A stretch of 62,723 nucleotides of DNA, the filler included, from Globobulimina sp. (lineage: Eukaryota): NCBI GenBank assembly GCA_003354225.1. It is 10 parts of 10 records of this genome, joined end to end, with 100 filler letters (N's around TTAATTAATTAA, not from the genome) between each part and the next. Parts side by side here need not be neighbours in the genome. Positions count along the whole stretch, not along the records: positions 18,894 to 25,088 come from PIVH01000344.1; positions 25,189 to 31,375 come from PIVH01000345.1; 8 more parts are not named here. One strand, written 5' to 3'. A model generated the notes under the pieces. It searched no databases, was not told where the DNA came from, and worked only from the letters and a program-made list of their open reading frames with translations. Positions 24,655 to 31,475 of this stretch are shown here, piece by piece (the stretch's first letter is position 1; the number at the start of each line of letters is the position of its first letter). Position numbers and translations under genes: made by a program.

Positions 24655-25076
24655 ACATGTATGGTGTCTCGGTATAATTTTGCGGCGAGTTTCATATTCA
24701 TTTCACGGTCTTCGGCTTTTGCGTCAGCGTATGTCTGCTTAATGAACTTTTGGTATGTGGTTAATGGTTTTTTTGGGCGTGATGCTTTGCGTGCTTTGCG
24801 TTTTTCTAATTTTTCTTTCTTTAGCTTTTTTGTGATTAACAATTCAATTTTGGAGTCTGTTTTTGAGATTTTCGTTTTTAATATAGTAATTTTGTTTGGT
24901 ATAGATGCTTTCATATTGGCTGAATTGGTTTTTTCTAATTTTTCTTGTAAATAAGATAATTTTACTAATAGTTTGTCTTTTTTTGTGGTCTGTTTGTTAA
25001 TATCTGTTTGGACTTTTTGAGATGCTTGAGATGCTTGAGATGCTTGAGATGCTTGAGATGCTTGAGATGCTGACAT
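24651..25076 (-). CDS. Basic coiled-coil protein with an HMG-box-like end (paralogue-like to 22874) and SQA repeats
   Basis: KKPLTTYQKFIKQTYADAK..MKLAAKLY; the 9-bp repeat GAGATGCTT (about 6 copies, 25019-25070) encodes (SQA)n. Confidence 0.65.
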   Translation of the reverse strand: MSASQASQASQASQASQASQKVQTDINKQTTKKDKLLVKLSYLQEKLEKTNSANMKASIPNKITILKTKISKTDSKIELLITKKLKKEKLEKRKARKASRPKKPLTTYQKFIKQTYADAKAEDREMNMKLAAKLYRDTIHV

Positions 25077-25188
25077 GATTTTTATAATNNNNNNNNNNNN
25101 NNNNNNNNNNNNNNNNNNNNNNNNNNNNNNNNTTAATTAATTAANNNNNNNNNNNNNNNNNNNNNNNNNNNNNNNNNNNNNNNNNNNN

Positions 25189-25202
25189 GAATCGGGTTTC
25201 GG
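25189..25202 (+). repeat. 14-bp terminal redundancy (second copy at 31362-31375)
   Basis: GAATCGGGTTTCGG occurs at both contig ends. Confidence 0.92.
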
Positions 25203-25263
25203 TCCATTAGTTGTCTAGACCCGATACAGAGCACTGGTCAGGGGGACCTCGTCAGTAGACAAC
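25191..25263 (-). ncRNA. Hammerhead ribozyme with non-circularly permuted strand order
   Basis: Minus strand reads GTTGTCTA-CTGACGA-GGTCC-(18 nt)-ATCGGGT-C^TAGACAAC-TAAT-GGACC-GAA-ACCCGAT. Stems I (8 bp), II (5 bp) and III (7 bp) are all perfect; core CUGACGA/GAAA/GUC; predicted cleavage between 25218 and 25217. Confidence 0.88.
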
Positions 25264-25385
25264 CTGCCAGGCATCTTACCTATGTACTAAAAAACACTAA
25301 AAAACGGCATACTAATACGTTAGATAAAAATCTACTCTCAAAATATTGGGCAAAGTTTTTTATAAAAATTAAAATTAAAAATTAC

Positions 25386-25457
25386 TTCAATCTGTGTTGT
25401 TACCTCTTCATCTTCCTGTTCCTCTTCACGAGGTCGCTTGGTCTGTTCACGAGGCAT
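25386..25457 (-). CDS. Predicted first exon of ORF1 (MPREQTKRPREEEQEDEEVTTQIE)
   Basis: ATG at 25457; phase-0 donors at 25403 (AG|GTAACA) and 25385 (AA|GTAATT); matching phase-0 acceptor at 30433 across the junction. Confidence 0.55.
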
Positions 25458-25630
25458 ATTAAATAAACAAAAAAGACCCAAATAATAGAGAAAAATTAAA
25501 AATATTAAAATAAAAACTTTTTTTGTTTCTCGGCCCGAGTGCCTCAGCACCCGTACTTATTGGTCATGATCTGAAAACAATGGAAATTCTAATGACTGAT
25601 ATCTAGATATTTTTGACAAGTTATTATTTT

Positions 25631-25704
25631 AAGACCACTGACAAAAGTCAGCAATAAGACCACTGACAAAAGTCAGCAATAAAGACCACTAGCAAAGCCA
25701 GTAA
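25631..25704 (-). repeat. Hairpin repeat array 2 (3 copies, 25-26 bp period)
   Basis: Plus strand: AAGACC-ACTGAC-AAAA-GTCAGC twice, then AAGACC-ACTAGC-AAA-GCCAGT. Confidence 0.9.
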
Positions 25705-25852
25705 TAGATTTATGATATGTTAAAATTTTGAAGCATTAAATTTTGATTTGTTTTCAGTTCACGTAAATTTAGTATGATACTGAGACTTTTAATATTAGGA
25801 CCTTTCTTTATTGCAAATTTACTAATTTACGTTGCACCTTAACAACGCCTTG

Positions 25853-28800
25853 TTAGGCAATATGAGAAATACAGAAGTTGGCAATTTTTTGTTTATTATC
25901 CAGTTTAAATTTTAGCAATAATGTACTATAAATGGTAGCAAATTTGTAGAAGGTATGATATAAGCTAGCTTTATTATATCCGTTTTTAAGCAAGGTATGT
26001 ATCAGCTGTCCAACCCTTGGTGAAAAATCGTTAAAATTATTGCAAATTCTAGCAATTCTTATTAATTGTGTATAGAAGACCTTGTATCCCATAGATGTAT
26101 GTACATTGCTGTTTGCAAATCCATATCTAACCACATGGAAATTGAAGTCATCCGTTTTGTTATATACTGCTATTCTATGTTTACCAGGGTTAACACACAC
26201 CAATATATCAAGAAAACAACTTTCATATTTTGACTTAGCTGTATTTTCAAGTGGTAAGCAGTTTGGATAAATAAGCTTAGCATATTCTAGGAATTTATCA
26301 CAATTAATTGAAAGAATATCATCTATATACCTAATTGTATGACTAATTGATTTGGCTATAGTTTTGTTATTAATGTCTGTGAGAAAATCGTATTCCAGCA
26401 TACTTAACACAAGGTCTGCAATCAAAGGACTAGCATTACCGCCCATAGGTACACCACATATTTGTTTAAATAAGAACCCAGCAAATTTGACGTACGTTTC
26501 ATCAATAACATTATTAATAAGGCATTTAATGTCAATGTTGTCTAGCATTGCTATGTAATTGCTTTTGACTTGATCAGCATAATATACATTATTATAAGTA
26601 ACAATTACATATTTTTTATTAGAATGTCCAAATAGTAAATCCACAAGTTTGAACAACTGTTTTTTAATAATTTCATGTGGAAACATTGTATATAAAGCAC
26701 TAAAATCTGCAGTACATATGCTTTGCAGTTGATTAGCTTGCACTTTATGTTCTATTTTTCTATGTGCTTCCAAACTACCTTTAATTGACCAGTAACAGCT
26801 ATGCCCTTTCCTTTTGCTAACTGTGCCACAATATTTTTCGAAATGTTGTTGAAAATGTGCTAAAACTCGATGTAATATTATAGACATTGGTTTAGTTGAT
26901 GAATTACGAGCACCTGCTATAAATCGGAATTTGTATGGATTTTTATGTAATTTGGGTGTTGCGAATATAACAGGAAGGTTTTCGTCCTCTGTTTCGAATT
27001 TGATAAGTCCTGTTTGTGCTGTTAGAAGTTTGTGTTTATCAATAAGTTTATTTTCATCAATGTCACAAGGTTTATAGACATCATTGCCAACTACAGTACA
27101 AGTTCCATTATTATCAATATTGACACCAAGTTCTTTACACATAATTTCAATATAATATTTTTTACAAATAAATATGAAATTATTGCTTGCTTTATCTGCT
27201 GGTGCAATGACAAACTCCTTCTGTAAACGTAGCAATTCCATTTGACTTTCTTCTTGTGACAAACAAGAAACCATTCTTGTATTTCTTATATTCATTGACA
27301 GAAATTTGATTCTATTATCGACAATATTTGCATAAAGCTTTATGTATTCCTCTGTAGCCAAGGTAATGTCAACATATCTTCGAATTTTTGCATATGTCTT
27401 CTTGATATATTCGTCAACGACTTCCATTGCCACTTTTCTAACTTCAGTCCAATCAAATGTTTTCGGCTCTCGAAACTTGGCTCCCTTACCAAAAAGTTTT
27501 CTGAGTTTTATATCTTTAATTATATTTAAATCACCTGTAATAACATGTCCACATTGACTATAGACAAATTTAGATGTTGTACAATTACAGTGGTTATTTG
27601 CAAAATTATTTAATTCATTATTTTGCAATGTTTTAAGTGTTTTATTATAATTAAACAATTTACGACTAATAGGTGTTTCATATTTATATGTGATAATGGG
27701 TACATCTGATTTTTTATTATTAATGGAAATTCTTTTTCGTAATCTTCGGTCCTTGAAAATGGTTTCTAATTTCAGAAGTTCAATACCCTTATTTGGATAT
27801 CTAGCAACTACAATAATGCCTTTAGATTTATTGATAGTTTTATTGTTACAACCATAATATCCCGCCATATATGCTTGTGTTGCAAGTTTTGCATCTCCAT
27901 GCCAATGATCCAGGTTACCAGATTGTATGGTTTGATTAAGGAACAGTAAATTCTTTTTCGACAAAGATCGTAAGAATATATATAATTTCCGTCTATCAAA
28001 CAAGCCATCTGAACAGTCAATGTTACGTTTTGTTTTATTGATGATATCAGGATCAAGTTTCTTTGCTGTTCGCTTCTTTTTTCTATTTCTATTTCGTCTA
28101 GTAGATGGTAATGGTTTAGTAAAATATGGTTGTGTTGATTTGGATGCAGGGTCAATTCCACATGATACATCTCCATAGCACTTGATTCTATCATTCATAC
28201 CATAAGGAAAAGCTGTATTTAGTTGCCGAATCCAAAAATCTTCAACATTTTCACATTCCTTTCTATTTTTAGTTTTATCTGTAGATATAGGTATAGTTTC
28301 TATAATCTGCACTTGTAGATCGTTAACATTATGCCCAGTTTTATTAAAATGTTGAACTAAGTAAGTATTAGTTTCATTTTTCTTAATAGAATAAACATGT
28401 TCAGCAATTCTTTCTTTGAGTTTTCTAATAGTTTGCCCCACATATTGTAATTTACATTTTTGGCATGTGATAAGATATACTACATTTTTTGTGTTACAAT
28501 TTAATTGAACTTGATCTGTGCATGCTGTATATTTACTATTAGTAATAGTGCTATTTATATGTTGTTTTTCTTTGACATATTTACAGCAACTGCATCTATT
28601 TCCGCAGCATTTTTCTGTGTAATTACCAGTTGTATTATTATCATATATTTTAGCAGTAAAAGTAATTTTATTATTTTGATCAGTTTGTTTTGTGTATATA
28701 AAACGTGCTCCTTCCAGAAATCTTCTTGGATGACTAGAAACACTCAGCCCATCCCACATAGCATGTGCTCCGGCACCACTGTGAAATGAAGATGGTGTTA

Positions 28801-28870
28801 CAGAGGGTTCGCCCCCGGTGATTTTACAACCCATCCGGGGAAACGGGCGGGTCTCTAATTGTACTTCCAT
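25853..28870 (-). CDS. PLE ORF2: N-terminal GIY-YIG endonuclease plus reverse transcriptase (Naiad-like)
   Basis: EN: CCGNRCSCC, KNVVYLITCQKCKLQYVGQT, RIAEH, EDFWIRQLNTAFPYGMN. Linker: CNC..GHVITGDL, KGAKFREP. RT: PADKASNN, PKLHKNPYKFRFIA, DFSALYT, GVPMGG, RYIDD, FLDI, YNKTDDF. Intact 1005 codons; the true start is uncertain. Confidence 0.95.
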   Translation of the reverse strand: MEVQLETRPFPRMGCKITGGEPSVTPSSFHSGAGAHAMWDGLSVSSHPRRFLEGARFIYTKQTDQNNKITFTAKIYDNNTTGNYTEKCCGNRCSCCKYVKEKQHINSTITNSKYTACTDQVQLNCNTKNVVYLITCQKCKLQYVGQTIRKLKERIAEHVYSIKKNETNTYLVQHFNKTGHNVNDLQVQIIETIPISTDKTKNRKECENVEDFWIRQLNTAFPYGMNDRIKCYGDVSCGIDPASKSTQPYFTKPLPSTRRNRNRKKKRTAKKLDPDIINKTKRNIDCSDGLFDRRKLYIFLRSLSKKNLLFLNQTIQSGNLDHWHGDAKLATQAYMAGYYGCNNKTINKSKGIIVVARYPNKGIELLKLETIFKDRRLRKRISINNKKSDVPIITYKYETPISRKLFNYNKTLKTLQNNELNNFANNHCNCTTSKFVYSQCGHVITGDLNIIKDIKLRKLFGKGAKFREPKTFDWTEVRKVAMEVVDEYIKKTYAKIRRYVDITLATEEYIKLYANIVDNRIKFLSMNIRNTRMVSCLSQEESQMELLRLQKEFVIAPADKASNNFIFICKKYYIEIMCKELGVNIDNNGTCTVVGNDVYKPCDIDENKLIDKHKLLTAQTGLIKFETEDENLPVIFATPKLHKNPYKFRFIAGARNSSTKPMSIILHRVLAHFQQHFEKYCGTVSKRKGHSCYWSIKGSLEAHRKIEHKVQANQLQSICTADFSALYTMFPHEIIKKQLFKLVDLLFGHSNKKYVIVTYNNVYYADQVKSNYIAMLDNIDIKCLINNVIDETYVKFAGFLFKQICGVPMGGNASPLIADLVLSMLEYDFLTDINNKTIAKSISHTIRYIDDILSINCDKFLEYAKLIYPNCLPLENTAKSKYESCFLDILVCVNPGKHRIAVYNKTDDFNFHVVRYGFANSNVHTSMGYKVFYTQLIRIARICNNFNDFSPRVGQLIHTLLKNGYNKASLYHTFYKFATIYSTLLLKFKLDNKQKIANFCISHIA

Positions 28871-28891
28871 GATTGAAGATGAAATGAAACT

Positions 28892-28965
28892 GTCAAGATG
28901 AATGAAACCATATATTGGTCTTGAGTCAAGATGAATGAAACCAAATATTGGACTTGTGTAAGATG
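28892..28965. repeat. About 33-bp tandem duplication GTCAAGATGAATGAAACCA(T/A)ATATTGG(T/A)CTTG
   Basis: Two near-identical copies plus a partial third, just 5' of ORF2. Confidence 0.8.
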
Positions 28966-29177
28966 TTGAAGTATACTGATAGAAAGAAACTATGTGTATT
29001 AGACAAATTATAAGACTAGATGTCAGTAATAAATGTTTACTGACTCCAAGTATTATTCTATTTACTACGGAAGGAGAAGATACTTAAACATTATTTTTAT
29101 AATGCATGGTATGAATTGAATGTACATATGAATATGTGTGGAAATAAATGTAGTGTTAAATAAGATTGTAAACAATA

Positions 29178-29450
29178 ATAAGAACCACTGTCATATGACA
29201 GTAACCGGACTATATCATTAGCCAGAAAATAAGACCACTGTCATAAGACAGCAATAGGATAATATCATATGCCAAAACATTGGACCAATATCAGAAGTTA
29301 GTAATATTGCCACTATCATAAGATAGTAAATAAGACCACTGTCAAAAGACAGCAAAAGAGTAATATAATATGCCAGAACATTAGACCACTGACCATAAAT
29401 AAGACCACTGTCATAAGACAGTAAATAAGACCACTGTCAAAAGACAGTAA
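29178..29450 (-). repeat. Hairpin repeat array 1 (about 8 hairpin units interspersed with a second ~25-nt unit)
   Basis: Stems at 29187, 29237, 29312, 29338, 29407 and 29433 (ACTGTC-N4-GACAG[T/C], ACTATC-ATAA-GATAGT) plus degenerate copies; spacer unit G(G/A)NTA(A)TAT(C/A)AT(A)TGCCAGAA(C/A)AT three times. Confidence 0.9.
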
Positions 29451-29796
29451 ATGAACTATTGTAAAACCAATAAAATGTAATGAAATTCGAAGCAGATGAA
29501 TAGACACTTATTTGAAGATGTGAAATTATTTGATTTCAATGCAGATGTTAGTTTCTGGAAGGTTGAATGTATAAAAGAAAAAATCAAAAAAGAAAATCCA
29601 AAAAATTATTTTGTCGACGAAACTGGAAAGTACGATGAAAATTGGATGATTGCGAAATAGTTACAGTATCCTATGTTAACCATTGGCCCTGATATTTGTG
29701 ATAAGCAGGGGTCTTGAAACGAAAATATTGGCGAAAAATTTAAATTTTTTCACCAACATTTAATAACACGCATCAAAACCTAAATTTATCACAATA

Positions 29797-30432
29797 TCAC
29801 TCATTTGTAGAAGGGGCCGTTTCTGGTTTTCCATAGTCGATTGGGTTGGAAGGAAAATCTTTGTAGTGCTTAGCAGGAAGATCTCCTATGGCCATCTTGT
29901 TATATCCTATGAATTTTGCCTTAAATCCAGCATTTTTGTATGCTTCAACAACAGCATTTCTCTTTTTCTTTTCTTGTTGCTCCTTGAATGGTAAATCATT
30001 TTGTACGGAGACATTTTTATACTTTTGACCTAATCCTTGACATGGTGCCCAATGATGAAGATTTTTCTTAAGAGACATAATAAAACCACGATCCGATCGA
30101 CGAGTGAATGCAACTATGAACCCAACTGGAAGCTCATGAATGATGTCGACATGTGTGAGGATTTGATCAACTATATCTGGATCCATTCGAAGACCATCGA
30201 CACAGAGAAAGCGAAAAACTGATTCATAATCATTTTTGGTGATCTTGTTTTCTTTGAAAAGATGATCTTTATCAAGACCAAAAATACGAATATTATGTCC
30301 CCTGGTGACTTTTTCAAGACCATGTATAAGTTGATCGTGTTTTTCTTGTATTTGATGTACATCCTTGACTTCGGTTTTAAGTCGTTTAATCTCCTGTTCG
30401 AGTTTGTCAATGCGTTTCGTATTCATTGAAAC
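29797..30432 (-). CDS. ORF1p-like protein (coiled coil, RRM, CTD; LINE L1/CR1 ORF1 type), main exon
   Basis: Heptad N-terminus, then LEKVTRGHNIRIFGL (compare LE..SR..N(I/L)RI.G(I/L)), FIVAF and VSVQNDLP..Q..KK. Preceded by a branch-like TACTAAA and a TCTTCCAG acceptor (AG at 30434-30433). Confidence 0.75.
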   Translation of the reverse strand, partial: VSMNTKRIDKLEQEIKRLKTEVKDVHQIQEKHDQLIHGLEKVTRGHNIRIFGLDKDHLFKENKITKNDYESVFRFLCVDGLRMDPDIVDQILTHVDIIHELPVGFIVAFTRRSDRGFIMSLKKNLHHWAPCQGLGQKYKNVSVQNDLPFKEQQEKKKRNAVVEAYKNAGFKAKFIGYNKMAIGDLPAKHYKDFPSNPIDYGKPETAPSTNE

Positions 30433-31475
30433 CTGGAAGATTTAGTAAATGGTTTTTATTATGGATATTATGTAAAAACAAGTGTATAAGATAATTTTAA
30501 GTTGCAGCAATGTATATAAAAAGCAATGTTTGTAATAGTGGAAAAGTACTAATTACTATATGCCAATGTATGTATTGTATAGAACGAAAATTTTGTTTTG
30601 TACAGTAAATATGATTAAGAGTATAACTAAAATGGTACTTTTAATATATGGAATTTTAACTTGTATTGTGTATTTACTAATGGTATTAGGGACTATGTAT
30701 GAGTTAATGTGGTATGAACTATATGTTGTAGAGTATGGTACCAGTCTTGAATGGTATGATGCAGGTAACGACTATATAGTTATTGAATTTTATATAAAAT
30801 TGAAGCAAAGTTGTTATTTTTATTATTTTTAAATTGAAATGTATGGATTATAATTATGTAACACTAAATGTAGAAGTATTAATAAATATTAATTATAAAA
30901 TTGAGAGAATTGAAGAATTTTGATAGGTGAAAAAGTTTATTATATTTTAATTTGATATGAGTGAGTAAAATAAGATTGTTACTGCATAGTATAAATAGTA
31001 AAGATCATCCACCCTTGTTAGGGTCGAATTTCTATACTATTTTTTCAAAAATTTTTTGTTTTTATATTATTATAATATATGTACAATTTTAAGCAAACCA
31101 AATTTGGTAACGAAAAATAGCTGCTTGACAGCCAATAGGTAATAATGATAGATTGTATGTGAACTAGGGAACTTTTAGAATAAGATAATTTGTTTAACAG
31201 CGAAAAGCTAGCTAGTTACCTTGGAGCGGGCAGGCCTCTCCTCACAAGGACCAGCTAGTAGATGTAATAAAATTATATTAAATGAAAAACAAATAAAAAG
31301 GCCGTATTATAAACAGTAAAGGAAATCTGTCCCTGTACCTAAGGCAATTCTACTCCTATCTGAATCGGGTTTCGGNNNNNNNNNNNNNNNNNNNNNNNNN
31401 NNNNNNNNNNNNNNNNNNNTTAATTAATTAANNNNNNNNNNNNNNNNNNNNNNNNNNNNNNNNNNNNNNNNNNNN

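Larger units (their letters stand above)
25189..31375 (-). mobile_element. Complete unit of a Naiad-type (N-terminal endonuclease) Penelope-like retroelement, assembled as a circle or tandem unit
   Basis: The contig starts and ends with GAATCGGGTTTCGG. It contains an EN-RT ORF, an ORF1-like gene, a hammerhead ribozyme and hairpin arrays, all on the minus strand. Confidence 0.9.

Noticed and set aside
25523-25580. SECIS element (some Naiads encode selenoproteins)
   Set aside because: ORF2 has no in-frame TGA, and the AUGA/GA quartet with the correct helix length and apical AA is not convincingly formed.
25853-28870. Bacterial retron, DGR or group II intron RT
   Set aside because: The motifs (DKA, PKLHK, GxPMG, YIDD plus GIY-YIG) are those of Penelope-like elements; no msr/msd, TR/VR pair or intron domain V was seen.
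29178-29450. CRISPR array
   Set aside because: Units are adjacent or separated by a second repeated unit rather than unique spacers; there are no cas genes and the context is a eukaryotic retroelement.
30560-30832. 90-aa plus-strand ORF in contig 5
   Set aside because: Low-complexity AT-rich sequence, antisense to the element, inside the predicted intron, with no motifs.
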